From NCBI GenBank assembly GCA_040285855.1, contig JAUFOQ010000001.1, positions 2,170,001 through 2,234,000 on the forward strand: a DNA stretch of 64,000 bases, read 5' to 3'. The first letter of the stretch is position 1, and each line of letters starts with the position of its first letter. The position numbers and the translations under genes were made by a program. The notes under the pieces were generated by a model, which had not been told where the DNA came from, did no database searches, and saw only the letters and a program-made list of their open reading frames with translations. Positions 1 through 13,192 of the stretch are shown here, one piece after another. Origin of the DNA: Eukaryota sp. GEM-RC1 (Eukaryota).

Positions 1-981
1 ACAAGTGTATCTGATGGAATTGATTTGTGTGTACGAGATGTCGGGTTATGCTATTTGAGGAGACTTCCTGAACCTTAGAAAACTCATCCTCCCAGTTCTG
101 ATGCTTATTCACATGCCCAATTAGATTAGTCCAACCAGAACCTGTCTAGCGTCTCTCCACAAACCTTTCCAAGTCTCTGTGTTGTCAACTGTTGATTGGA
201 GCGTGTAAAACACCTTACATATGCCCTTGTTATCTGACATGATGAAAAAATAAATTCTATATTTTGACTCTTTATTAAAAATATATACTATTGGCAATAT
301 TGGCAATTTGTTGGTATTGCAAAACAGTAGACCATTCAACATAAATTGGTAGTGATTGGCAATCCAATCTTCGGCATCCCTGACTATAACCATGTATATG
401 GGGCGTAGTGTAAGTTTTGCAACTGAACTGCTAGGAAACTCTAGTCAAAATCATAGGTCTATGTATGGTTGATGGAGGTGGGAAGGAGACATCACAGACT
501 CAATACATCTTCTTCGTTATGTCAACTAACAACTGTGTGGCATCGTGAAGCCACTTCTTCATTTATTCTCTTGTCTACTCTAGTGTTGTCACATCTCCGA
601 CAGTTCTTCGTCTAACCCCATAGTATAGTGGCTATATTGTCGTTTAGACATTTCAATGGCACATACATTGTTTCTGAATGTTCTTGAAACACTTTGTTTG
701 TTTATGGATACACAGTCTGCGTATTCTGTGGAGTACATATAGTTTCTAATCAGCTTTGATGGTATATAGCAGTCATTAGAAAAACCATGATAACGAAAAT
801 AAAGTGCTGCACGACAATGTGTCATTTCGAAGTTGTGTGGTAAGTTGTCAATTAACCATTTCGCTTTATAAATGTAATATACTAAACAATCAAAAGTTGT
901 ACCCACACTATATGTAGATGTCTGTGCACTGAGTGCTATTTCGATTGTAAATACACTATGTGAATAGCGAAAACCGTATAC

Positions 982-1990
982 CTAATAGTAGAAATCTAAT
1001 GTTGGAATTCTTTCTAATACATCTGCCAAGAATCTAACACCTTCAGCATCAATACTGTTGTTTTTAAGATTAATTATTGTTATTGTTGTATTAATTTTCA
1101 ATGTTTCTGCCAATAGTTTAGCACCTCCAGCAGTAATGGAGTTCTCTGGAAGAGACAGTGTTTCCACTGTAGTATTGACTATTATCATATCTGCCAATGA
1201 TCTGACACCTTCATCACCGAGACAGTTTTTAGCCAGTTCAACACTTTTCACAGTGGCGTTAACTTTTAACGCTTCTGCCAACATTCTGACACTCTCATTT
1301 TCAATAGAATTTCCAGACAGACTAATTGAAGGTCATTGATAAATACTTGTCAAAGTAGAATTTACCTTTAACACATCTATCAGTACTTCTACACCTTCAA
1401 CTCCAATAAAAATACCCAAAAGATCGATACGTGTCAAATAACAATTTAGTTTCAATGTTTCTGCCAATAGTCGAAAACCCGCAACCCCAATAGTGTTGTC
1501 CCAAATACTACAACTTTTCACAGCAGTATTTACTTTTAACGCATCTTCCAAGACAGTTACTGTTAGTGAATTGTGACGTGGCAGTAGTTCTTCTTTCTTG
1601 TATAGATCAATAAACAAGCTTTTCTTCATTCCATTGGTGAAAGTACCAACATTACACCTTCATTTCCGATAGAGTTATACATGAGAGCAATATGTTTCAA
1701 CGTAGAATTTACTTTCAATACTTCTGCACGTAATCTAACTACTTCTCATGAATGCAAAACTGCAAAATTCAAGCCTCGTTATGGGGATACTTTCTTTCAG
1801 CAATTGGATTACTGATAAAAAACATTAAGAATCAGTACAACAAACGAAGATCTGTTTGAGATCAATAAAGATTGCTGAAAATGTGTAGTCCCTGTTGGCT
1901 CTTTGGGGTTTACCCTGATAGAAGGAATGGAAGTAGAACAAGATATTGAAGAAGACAGCCTTGACTTCCTTGACTTATATCCAGAAGTTC
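982..1990 (-). pseudogene. RNI-like/NLRC3-type leucine-rich-repeat gene, fragmented
   Basis: About 28-aa repeats LAEALKVNxTvxxlxLxxNsIgxEGvrxL in ORFs 982-1284 and 1333-1629, and a further unit near 1660-1740 (AEVLKVNSTLKHIALMYNSIGNEG). The frame is broken several times; the 5' limit is approximate. Confidence 0.75.
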
Positions 1991-2029
1991 TATGAATTCA
2001 ATTTTCTTACGTAAACAGTTAGCATCTCA

Positions 2030-3606
2030 ATGGATTGCTGCGTTTGTCTTACTGAGTTTAATGCGTCTAATTGTATACCTTATGTTATATGTTCGAATGT
2101 TCATTCTGTATGCTCCAATTGCAAGGATCAACTACAAGAATGTCCTCTCTGTCGATCTTCAATTGTGTCTAATCCCAAACGTAATCATGACCTTCTCAAT
2201 CTTATTGAGTTATTATCACACAAAGACTCAATTCCTACAATTTCTCCCAATGATTTATCCTTAGACTTGAATTCTGCTCCCATCGGGGAGGGCGGATGTG
2301 GAAAAGTTCATCGTGCTCTTTGGAACAACTCTGCTGTTGCAGTGAAGGTTATGACTCTCACATCGGAAGGCTCCCGCAAAATCGATCGAGAAGTATCCAT
2401 GATGATCCAATTGAACCATCCACTTGTTCTACGAGTCTTTGGAACGGTGAAGCTGGACCGACATGTTGGCATTGTCATGGAACTCGCCGATGATACTCTT
2501 CCCTTCCCCTCTTCTCTCAACAACACCACTCTAAAAAGAGCTATGGACATTGTCAAAGCTGTCATGTTTCTACACGCCAGGAACATTGTTCATATGGATA
2601 TTAAGCCTTCAAACATTCTTTTGTCCAACGGAAATATTAAAGTTGCCGACTTTGGTACATCAAAAACAATCTCATCCACCACCATTAGATCTTCTCTTCA
2701 AGTTTACACTCCAAAGTATGCAGCTTCTGAGGTCTTTGATAACATTGTTCATTTCTCAAGCGATGTTTATAGTATTGGAATTCTCTTGTACGAAATTCTG
2801 TGTGACAAACTTGCATTTGAAAACTTGACTCCAGCGGCTGTTCTACGTCAGAAATTGGCTGGAGTTTGTCCACCCTTTCTGATAATGTTCCACTCGTTCT
2901 TCTTTCAATTATAAGTGATTGCTGTAATGTGAATCCTATCAACAGACCGTCTCTTGTAGAGATTTTGGAAGTATTAAAAAGTTTACGGATTGACAGTGTG
3001 GAAAGTGGAATTGAACCTGTTGAAAACAATGTTAACAATCAGAATCAGTCGAGATCACGTCATGTTTATTCTGAAGAAAGTGGTTTGGAAAACAATATTT
3101 CCACTGCTAAAAGTACTATAACCAGTATTGCAGCTTTTGGTGGTAAATCTATATTACAGACCGCACGGATTATTTTTTATATAATTCTGTATGTTTTCAA
3201 TTGTTTAGCAGTTGCTTTCAAAGGTTTCAAAAATTGCAACTTTATTTCGCATGTTAAATCTCAACTTATGCAAGTGAATTATCGACAATTCGGTTCCAAC
3301 GTTTTGATAATGATGAAGAATTTATGTATTTGTTGTTTCCGAACGATTTGCTCAATTCTTGTTTGTTTCAGCCGTGTGCTTAAAGATAAAGATCGCCTAC
3401 AAAAAAACCAGGAAATTCTCGGCAAAATGATGGATATTGGTGCTAAAATTGCTCAAATTTTCGCCAGTGTTGTTGTGTATATTTTCACAACTTGCATTTC
3501 AATTATCCGTGTCATAAATAAGGTTGTGGATGTTATAGTTGGTTTTATTGCCATTCTCATTATGGTGGGACTCTTGATTGTGTTTATTGAATATTTATTT
3601 AGTTGA
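2030..3606 (+). CDS. RING-finger + protein kinase (TKL-like) with hydrophobic C-terminal helices; one frameshift near 2876
   Basis: N-terminal CxxC...CxxxHxxCxxC...CPLCR RING. Kinase motifs GEGGCGKV, VAVK, HMDIKPSN, DFG, SDVYSIG. Subdomain XI (IISDCCNVNPINRPS) lies in the next frame (ORF 2866-3606), which ends in a strongly hydrophobic segment. Confidence 0.85.
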
Positions 3607-4734
3607 TTTTCGTTTTTGAATGATTTACTCGAATAAACAGGACTTTGACGCGACATGACCTTTCACACCACAGTATACTGTATTTTACATTTGCTTTTGT
3701 AAAATCTCGTTCATATAATTACATTTTATGTATCATCTACAGTAATTTTCTTTAAGATCATTAAGCAGACGAGAGTCGTTGTTTAATTGATACACATGAA
3801 ACATTACTTTTGCACTGCATTAATAAAAGTTCTGACACAAGAGCAGCTTATTGGTCAAGATTTTGGGGCGCTATTGGGGTTAATCATCACAAAATGACTT
3901 TATTAGGGGTATCCCAGGGTGTATTACATTTGCTGTAGTTATTATGGTTATTGTACGTTGTTGCATTTTCTATGGTGGTGGAAAATGAGCAGTGTTTAAT
4001 TATACACCTTCTTATTCTAAACTATATACGTTTGTTTGTTGCCAAAAACCCAATAACAGTCTAACTATGTATTTTCTAAACTCTGAAAAGTTTTGGTCCT
4101 TGTAATGCTCATTTGGTGTTGTCAGGAGACTTCCTAAGGCAGAGATTTGCTTTGGTTCAAGTAACTAAAAGTAGGTCTGTAGGAAATCATTCTGTGGTTT
4201 TCATCTGAACTAAGTTCTAGTTTGATTGTAAGTCAGAAGGATTACAATCATTTAAAGTAGTCAACTCCATTTTCAAGTTGACGTTACTTATAAGTTATTT
4301 TTAAGTTATAACATAAAAGGTGAACGGATCGATGTTCAGCTGAAGTCTTGACTTTGGGTTATGAGTAGTGATCTACATTAGTTGATTTCTCCAAGAACCG
4401 ATTGGACTGTTTGATGCTTGGACTATAGTTAGTTTTTGCATACAATCAGAACAGCTGTCGATCAAATTACTAAAAAGTTTCATATATGTTGTTTTCACTG
4501 TCATATGTTTTGTAGACACTACTTTTTGTTTACAGAAATAATGGTTCTGTTTCACGTCATTACAATTTAAAGATTTTAGAAGTGGTTCAACAAAAGATAC
4601 AATTTTTTTGGACTTGTATAGAGACTGTATGTGGTCTATTACAGCATAATGCATACGTTTTCGATAAGCAATGTAGCGAATAGAACTTAAGATATGAGAA
4701 ATGGTCTCAACAACTCTTGTCAAGTGTTTTAGGA

Positions 4735-4923
4735 CCGGCCTTTTTCCTATATTCAACTAATCCTGATCAGACGTTCAATTGCTCTTATCAGGGACTGTAT
4801 TCTGTATCTCAAACTGGACAAATGAAAGATTTTCGATCTCAGTTCCATCTACTAGTATTACATTCATCTCAAACTGATGTAAACTTCGGTCATCTGTTAC
4901 TTGTGTGGAATTGCACTCCTTAG
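4735..4923 (+). pseudogene. C-terminal fragment paralogous to the 6249-9212 gene
   Basis: STNPDQTFNCSYQGLYSVSQTGQMK versus STNPDQKLNCSHPGLCYVPQTGQLK at about 9045-9120. Confidence 0.8.
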
Positions 4924-5304
4924 TCATTTTTTCAAAAAAATAAAACAAATGTTCTTAATAGACATGTCATTCAGCGTGACGCGTTGTGAAGCGTCGAACG
5001 TCACGTCGACTTCAGAATTTTGGCGACGCGTCACTTATATAAATGTCACTTCATGTTTGAATATGTTGACCCTGTTTATATTATTTATCTGTTTATGGTG
5101 ATTTGTTTACTCCGATTTTTAGGACAAAAGTTTCTCTAGTAGAACTTTGTATAAACAAGTTCTATGATTTCATGAAATAAATTCGATGTTATCTCCAGAT
5201 ACAAGCGGTATTTTTGTCACATGAATCTGCGTTGAATATGCAAATAGATAGAAGGTTTAAGACTAAATACAAATAACTAAATGCAGTACTACATACATGT
5301 ATAA

Positions 5305-5695
5305 AAAGTCGTGGTGATCTGATGAGTCCTTGGTTATCTTGTTAGGAAATTATCATGGATTTCACAACTATTGATCCTTGTAATCCAAGATGAATTTCCA
5401 AAATTGTTGATGATGATTTTTCTGCTCTTGAAGTGGCTGAAAAAGGAAAAAATACAGAGTACTGTCAGTTAATTAACCATTGAATGTTGACAGGTACGAT
5501 TCTTTTGTGTTTCAATCTTTTGCGATGTCGATGTACGGTAATATTGGAACAGCTGCACAAGGTTTTTTAACTTCCTTTGATAAATTGTGTTCTGAGTACG
5601 GTAAAGTTTTCAATGAAAATTTTTGGTTGAGTAGGTTATCGTTTGCGTTGTTTCATTCAAGGCATAGACATTTAGAGTCGTTTGTGGAAGGCTAA
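5305..5695 (+). mobile_element. 5'-truncated, decayed CRE-like non-LTR retrotransposon (restriction-like endonuclease region)
   Basis: RGDLM...MDFTTIDP...AE.GK...FAMSMYGNIG...FWLSRLSFAL; homologous to 9684-10235; contains stops and frameshifts. Confidence 0.65.
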
Positions 5696-6248
5696 TCTTT
5701 TGGAACAATGTATTTGTTGCTGAGACAATAATGGCACACTGTTACTCTGTATTTGCATCATAGTTTTATTATACGATAGCAATATGTCACCAAATGATGT
5801 TATCATGCCTCCACAACAGTCTTGTCATCACTTTTTACAATCAATGCCTTCGACTAGTGAACCTGATGTAAACACTGAACCCATTTTTATCCCTGATGAA
5901 GACAATTCTCCTGATCCTCCTCTTTTTGATGATTACTCTTCTGCTGATGAAGACCAATGTGATTGTCCAATATGACCATATTCGAGTTCTATAAAAAAGG
6001 ATAGTAATTTAAGACGTTAAAAGTGTTGTCATAGTTAATGCATTAGTCTGAGTGGATAATTAGTCTGGGTCAGACTATTTTGAAAACAACTTGAAGATTC
6101 AGATTTAATAATTAGTTTGAGTCAGACTAATTACGACCGGCGCTATTGTACCGTATGTGTTGTCAATATAAAATTAGATCTTTGTTCATTAATTCTGGGG
6201 AAATGTCGATCTTCCAACAGAATAAATTCACCATCTGTGATAGACTCT

Positions 6249-9212
6249 ATGAAGACCGCTCATGATCAATGGTTCTTCAATGAACTCAATGTCTTCTCTC
6301 ACATCAATGATCTCACCAATATTGAAGCCTTTTCCGTCCCCCTGGATACTCTGCTATGGATGTGTACCAAAGCAGACTCTTCCTCCAAACCCCTCTGTCT
6401 CAAACTCATGGCCTTTTCCTCCACAAGCTGCATCGAACAGGAGTTTTCTGAGAAGGATTTCAACACTCTTCTTCCCAGCATTACACCTTTCTTCCATCAA
6501 CTCTCCATCAATGAACTCTGGATGTGTTTTTTCCAGCCCTTGATCTCTGTCTTTCCTCATTCCATTCACGAAACTATGCTAAGAATACTCACCGAACGTA
6601 GCAATCATGACTCAACTCTTGAAGTCCCCTTTGAGATGATGTCTTGGTTGGTTGAGATGAAACCAACAACTGACAAGAAATTGTCTCGAAAGCTGTTTCA
6701 TCAAGTTCCGAATGTTCGGAGTCTTGTTTATAAACATCTTTCCAATGCACAACAAGAGATGGTTGATGGAAACGGCTCTGACGAAGATCTTCAAGGAATG
6801 TTAGTTAAATTCAAAATTTACTTTCAATTTCTGACAATTCACCAAATTTGGAACTGTTTTCTTCATCCTTTGTCCACCGTCAATCCCTCTGTTATCCATA
6901 ACTATCTTACATCGGAACTATCTCTCAGACTTAAACAAAATTCTGCAGTCAGCCTTAACTACAAAATGGTTTCTTGGTTAATGATTCAACCTTCCTTTGA
7001 TGCCTCCTTGATGATTTTATTCTTGAAGAACGTTCCTTCAATTGATAATCAGCTTCCGTTTGTATTGCCAGAAGACCGTATTCATCAGATGTTAAGCATA
7101 TGTGATTGTCCTTTTGTTTTTATTGGGCTAGTTCGTTCCAGTGTTTCTTACCTGCAATCAAGTGAAGTAGATTCAGAAGAGATGTGTCAGTTGCTACTCT
7201 CCAGTAGCTTTGCAGAGAAAATGAAGATGTTCACTGTTTGTACAGTAAGATCCAGAATTTTACCACTTTTTAGTTCTTGTAATGAAGATTTTCTGATTAA
7301 ATTTCAAGCGAAAGTCATTCTTCCCATTTTCTTAAACCCTCCTCAAATCTCTTCCGAAGCTCAACATCCTCAACTTGTTACTGAAGAAATCGTCATTGAT
7401 TCACCAGTTGTGAAGCAGTCTGGTAAAACCAATTCTAAAGAGCAGAAACTGGAGTCTTTTAAAGTGAGGGTTAACTATTCAACAATGACAGAGTGGTACG
7501 TGGACGAACCAAAACTTGAAGGAGCTTATTCGGCACTTCTAATGAATTGGCCTTCAGATCCCAATGTTTATGGGGTGTGGTTGCCAACGACACCAAAGGG
7601 TTCTAACCCAAGTTACAACTACATTTCATCTCTATTTTATTCTTGGATTACGGGCGCCGAAGATCCATTGAAAGTATTTGTAACTGATCTGTCACGTTCT
7701 GATGCACCCCATTGGAATGTAATCTCAGGTTTCGCTTACGGACAGCGTTGTGATGATTTCTATCATTTCTGTGGTTTTTGTTGCCTTGAGAATTACTTGG
7801 ATTCTTTCGATTGCCTTATTGACCAAGCATTAACTTGCGTAAGAACCACCGATCCGGAACAGAAATATAACTTTTTTGAAAGTTGTCTTCGTTTTTTCTT
7901 CGATAAAGGCCAAGACAACAAGTTGTCACTGGTTCTCGAAGCAATGGCTAAATACATAGATCCCACTACTAATCCAATGCCTTGGTTTTGGAAGGATTTC
8001 ATTCAAATGAAAGATATAAGGCCCTTTACCAGAGCCATTCTTGACAAAAATGAAGACTATCTGAGAGATGCTTTGTATTCCGTTATTGTACAGCCCGGAT
8101 ATAGTACTGGTAAAACTCAACAATCTCTTGTTGCTTCAATGTTTCCCCATTTGTCATTACAACGTAAAAAACAATTAGTTGGTATTGTTATTGACTCTCT
8201 GAAACAAGAGGTCCAAGGAGGACGTGAGGTTTTTTTCAAGATCTCGATTTTACAGCACTTTTCTTTAATTTACTGAGATCAAATGAATGGCTTGAATGTA
8301 ATGAATTTATAAACGATTCAAAAGTAATCACGCTGATTTTGTTTTTTAAAAGTTCTGGCTCTCATAAGTCATCTCCTTTAGTAACCAATCTCAGTGCTGA
8401 AGATCTATCATATTTTGCCGAATCCTTTATTTGTCCAAGATTAGCGGATTTGTTTGATTGTGTGATGAATCCAAAATGGAACACGATTGTAAGTAGTATG
8501 TGCGAGTTAATCGATATCCTACATCATTGGTTGTTGGGGACGAACTTAACACCTCTTTACAGTTATTTGATTGCAAATCACTCAGCGTTTATTTGTAAAG
8601 ATATCAATTGTTCCAAGCTCTGTGATATTGACTTTTAACAACTTCCAATTCTTCCCTGACAATCAATGGAAATTGACCTTTATGAGTGTACTTGAAAGTT
8701 CTAGCTTGAATGAAATTGAACTTGCTGATGTTACAAAACATTTGTTTGGGACTTGTTTAACTAGAACGGATTTTACTCCATTTTTAAAAAGCATTTCGCT
8801 ATTTGAGAAGTTTCCTAAAAGTTTGCTCTTTAAACCGGACTTTCAAATTACAGTTAGTAAATTGGAGTGTGTTATTACAGCTCAAGACACAATCATCGGT
8901 TCAAATGGGATTATGATACTTAATAGCACTGACATTGCTAGAACATTGCTTTGTCAAATGGAATCTGGTATGCTCTTGATAAAATACGACTACAACCCTG
9001 CTTATAATGGATGTACCGGTTATCCTATGATGTTTTTTCTCTCTTCAACTAATCCTGATCAAAAGTTGAATTGCTCTCACCCTGGATTGTGTTATGTACC
9101 TCAAACGGGACAATTGAAACTATATCGATCTGGATTCCATATAATGGCTTCGTCTCAAACTTCAGGATACCAGACTCTGGCACCAGTTTCTCGTGTAGAA
9201 TTGTATTCTTAG
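6249..9212 (+). CDS. Large hypothetical protein (about 985 aa if two 1-nt indels at about 8233 and 8635 are corrected)
   Basis: First ATG of the 719-aa ORF is at 6249. The reading continues in ORFs 8339-8638 and 8571-9212 via shifts in T-runs. The paralog at 22325-22972 reads through the second junction in one frame. No recognisable domain. Confidence 0.7.
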
Positions 9213-9503
9213 TCTTTTTTTGAATATGTTGAATAGAAATATACCACTGTTGTTACCAAATTAGGAATGAATGAATATTTACAATGATTAGAGACTTTTG
9301 ATTTGTCTGAGAAGTATTTGCAGTGGGTATGGCTTATAACAGGTTGTCAGTAAAATGACGGATTCTAATGATGGTCTCGTCATAAAATTATTCTTACTGA
9401 GACTGTCTAAATTGACCTTTAATTTTCCTAGTGAAACTATATCAGCAATAAACTCAGTTATTACGTATTTTTCAGTTCTTTACTATACGGTATAGTCTAT
9501 ACC

Positions 9504-9620
9504 CAGGGATGAGAAATATTGAATTTCCAATCCAATATTGCCAATCAATACCAATATATATTGATTGATCCGCTGTTTTCCAATACCAATATATTGCCAA
9601 TCCAATATTTCCTATCCCTG
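9504..9620. mobile_element. hAT-type MITE, 117 bp
   Basis: TIRs CAGGGATGAGAAATATTG / CAATATTTCCTATCCCTG; perfect 8-bp TSD TCTATACC (9496-9503, 9621-9628); internal CCAATAT repeats. Confidence 0.93.
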
Positions 9621-9683
9621 TCTATACCCTACACTTTAAGAAAGTAAGAGTTTATTTGCAACAATAAGCTAATACATACTAAT

Positions 9684-10235
9684 TCAGAAAATGAAAGAAG
9701 TTAAATTCTCCACATCAACACGAGAATTGTCCCTATACAACTTCGAATAAATGGAACATAAATACTTGGGAATGCTTCTATAAAGAGCGAACATAATTCG
9801 ATTAATCCATACAACGCTATTAAACACTTTGCCATTAGAACGACATAAAAGACTAAAATCACTGAAAAACTTTAAACCGGCTGGACCAATATTACCAAAA
9901 ATTGAAATTGCAAATGGAACAAATGAAAACTTAGAATATAGATTTTCATCAAGCTTCTGCAAAGCATCCGCAAAATTTGAACACTTTCGCTGTTCAGCCT
10001 TTTCCAGATGACCATTCGAATCATTCAATATGTAGACTTTTGCAAACGGGTCAACTGTAGTAAAATCAACCACAACTTGAGATGAATCCAGGAAAGGAGC
10101 AATTAAGTCACCACGCCGAGAATCAAACACGTCATTGTCACTATAATGTTTCAAAAGAGGATCAATTTTACAACTATAATTGTAGGATTTGAACATTTCA
10201 TAAGTAACGTCACGAACAGCGTTATGTAAAGCAGA
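9684..10235 (-). mobile_element. 5'-truncated CRE-like non-LTR retrotransposon, RLE endonuclease domain in an open frame
   Basis: HNAVRD...RRGDL...VVVDFTTVDP...AEQRK...FVPFAISIFGNIG...W.NRI matches the RHN / RPD / D / K / PF-E-G motif series of RLE C-termini. Confidence 0.75.
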
Positions 10236-11017
10236 TCCCTACACTTTTATACAATACATTAGAAAGTGTTGATGTGATGAAGAAGTACAAATGTTTGAGG
10301 GAATAAGAAGCGATCACCAAGTACATGTATTAAGAATCTACACTCATGAAGACATTCTCTAGTCAGCAAGAAACAAGTTCAATTTCAACAGGAGATTGGT
10401 GCGATCTAGAATGCTATTTAATACTAGGGTTGCACAATACGTTATCTTGACAGTCAAAATATGCAGACGTAACTTTTTTCTCCTCCCTTCATCATCTCTC
10501 CATTTTCATCATGACCATAGATTGGTCATCTACTATAACATTGCTTTTGAAAGGAATCCTGATGACATGGACTATTGATCAAGACCAAGTGCGTGATGAT
10601 GAAGATGATGTGGTTCGTTGTGAGGACAGAAGAGTGTCCGAATCCAGTAGTTGACTTCAGTAATATGTTTCTTTTGTTTTGGCCACTTTTGTTAGATGAT
10701 GTGATGTGATATGCTGTTTATAGATGAAAAGGTTAAACAAATATAATCTATGACACTAAAGAAACAGTAAATTCCTGATCAATTCACTTTAGTATACGTT
10801 AGTGATTAACTACACAATAGTTTGAACATTTATTTATAATGCTGCAAAACAAACATATATATTGGCAACAGTGTTGCAAATAAATCCTTAAATTGTCTAT
10901 TGTGAACAAGTATTTTCAATTTACTATCAGGACACTTGGTCAAACCTTTGTAGGCTCAACACAGCTTACACATGAATTCCGTGATTGTTTGACGACATGA
11001 ATACCCATTCAAGTAGA

Positions 11018-11070
11018 ATGGATGTTAAAACTCGCTGGAATAGTGCATCTTTAATGCTATACAAGCTATC
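11018..11070 (+). mobile_element. Short hAT transposase relic
   Basis: MDVKTRWNSASLML, the hallmark hAT DVxTRWNSTxxML motif. Confidence 0.6.
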
Positions 11071-11504
11071 GTTAAAGGTTACAAACGATCAAGATGTTCT
11101 TTGCGACGACTGAAAATGGAAAAAGGATCAGAGCTGCAACTCACACCTCAACAACTTGTCAATGTTTGTTGTCGTTGACTCGAATCGTTGTATCAAATCT
11201 CTCTTTGCTCTGTAAGGTTCCTTTTGACAGTTCTTTTGCATAAACCCTGAAGAATTCCCTAAAATACGATGCAGTAGATAAACAATTTCTCGAAAATGTA
11301 CAAACGAATGTTCGATTAACACAAGTCACTTTCTGACAGTTTGCTACGCAAAAGAAGAGCTATTAGCGAGTCTCAGCGATAAAATCCTGACAATCTACCC
11401 TAAGAGAACAGATCTTTAATGTATGACAAACACAAATGGAGTTTTGATGATGTAGAATAAATTGAACGTGTAATAAAGAGTGACCCGTTAGAGAAACAAC
11501 ATCT

Positions 11505-11945
11505 CTGTTGTATAGTAGAAACGATATGTCTATAAACGTTTCAACTATACACAAAACATTGAAAGAACATGGATACACCAAATTGAACGAATATAAAGGA
11601 AATGTTCCTAATCAATTCGGGTAAAAATAGTTAAATTACATGATTCAGAACATTGAGCCCTCTCAGTATCAGCAACATTGTCATGAATTTTGAAAAACAA
11701 CAACCAAGATTCTCCAGTGACTAGTATAAAGAACATTGATATGGAGCTACAATCAACAGTGAATAGCTAAATGGTGGATTTCAAATGTGATAGAGTTACA
11801 AACTACGAAGAACATCTTTGAAATGATTTCAGTGCTGAGTTAGGTTGAGAGAGGTGAAGATCGGGAAAGTCTCATGTCCTTGTTAACCTGAAAAATTCCT
11901 CAAAGATGAGAAGAGAGTTGAAGCAACCCAAACAGAGAGCACTTA
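11505..11945. repeat. Dispersed repeat; inverted copy at about 63550-64000
   Basis: TGTTGTATAGTAGAAACGA...GTTCCTAATCAATTCGGGTAAAAATAGTTAAATTACATGATTCAGAACATT is the reverse complement of the window end. Confidence 0.9.
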
Positions 11946-12097
11946 GCACACTTGGAGAAAAGTATTGATGGTAACGGGAGTAGAAGTAGTCTACAACTAT
12001 ACATGTAGTATTTGTTCCTATATTCGAGTTACCTCAACACGTGTTGGCCCAGCACGTGTTGAATGGGGTTTTCGAGAAGTTCAACACGTGTTGGATA

Positions 12098-12974
12098 CAG
12101 TGCTTTCCATTATTGGTATTGCAATATATTGGTGTTGATTTTCGACCTTCAATAAATTATTGATATTGATCAATATATTGCAATATATTGATTTGAGATG
12201 ACGATGCTAATTATCAGTGTAATCCACTGTGTCATTCTCCCGAGTTCATAAATATATATGTTCAGCATTCAATCACTGTATAACAACTTCAATAGTTAAC
12301 AAAATAATAATACACTAGTCTATATGTACAACTTCTTGGTTCTCTTCTTCCACGAGTATTAAGTATTTCAATCGATCAAGGTCCTTTTAGAGGTATTTGT
12401 ATCTCATTTGTTAATATTGATGATAGTTTGTCTTTGTAAGAGTAAAATATAGGCGTTTTTTTAGGTCCCTGATAGAATCTGCATTCCATAAATTGTTGTT
12501 AATTCGAAGAATTAACTCCACATTCAAATGTTTCTTGGAAAAACTGTGTCTAGTATATCCAATAGCGAGTTTAGCCATAGAAAGAGCCTTTCTGACTGAT
12601 TTGAGGTTACTGGAATCCAATCACACTTTGAGCCACTCTGCTTTCTTTCTTCTTCTAACTCTTTTACTCCCTCATCGAACTTTCTGTTCTTTCCAGCTTC
12701 CTGATTGTTTTGGTTCTGCGGTTCACAAACCAAATTGACAGCAAAATTATGCGTTTATACAATGTCAAGTATCAGTTCAGTTTACATTTTGTTGATAACA
12801 GCAGGTCATGTTTTGACAGTTGTTGCTCAATTGAGAGTAATTCTACTGATACGGGATCTGCAATCACAAAACAAGTAGTATCAATATATTGGTTTTGATT
12901 TTGGACGATCAATTAATTATTGATACATTATTTATTGCAATATATTGAGATACATATATTTATGAAAAGCCCTG
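12098..12974. mobile_element. Non-autonomous hAT element, 877 bp
   Basis: Imperfect TIRs CAGTGCTTTC / GAAAAGCCCTG; 8-bp TSD GTTGGATA (12090-12097, 12975-12982); similar CAATATATTG-rich subterminal blocks at both ends. Confidence 0.85.
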
Positions 12975-13192
12975 GTTGGATATGTCATTCTTATATGTCA
13001 CTTCAATGAATTTGGGTAAATTTCTAGTGTTCTTGAGAAAACTGTATTGAATAAATGTAGAAAGTTCAAGTTTACTCCAAAGTGTACTTAAATGTAGGGA
13101 TTATTGATGAGCTCTTCATGTTATCAGTTCTGGCATCATTGAAAATCAGTTCTAATGTATTAACTTGGTTCGGGTGTAGCATGAGTGAAAAG

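Noticed and set aside
121..906. Minus-strand ORFs 121-393 and 589-906
   Set aside because: No recognisable motifs; cannot support a call
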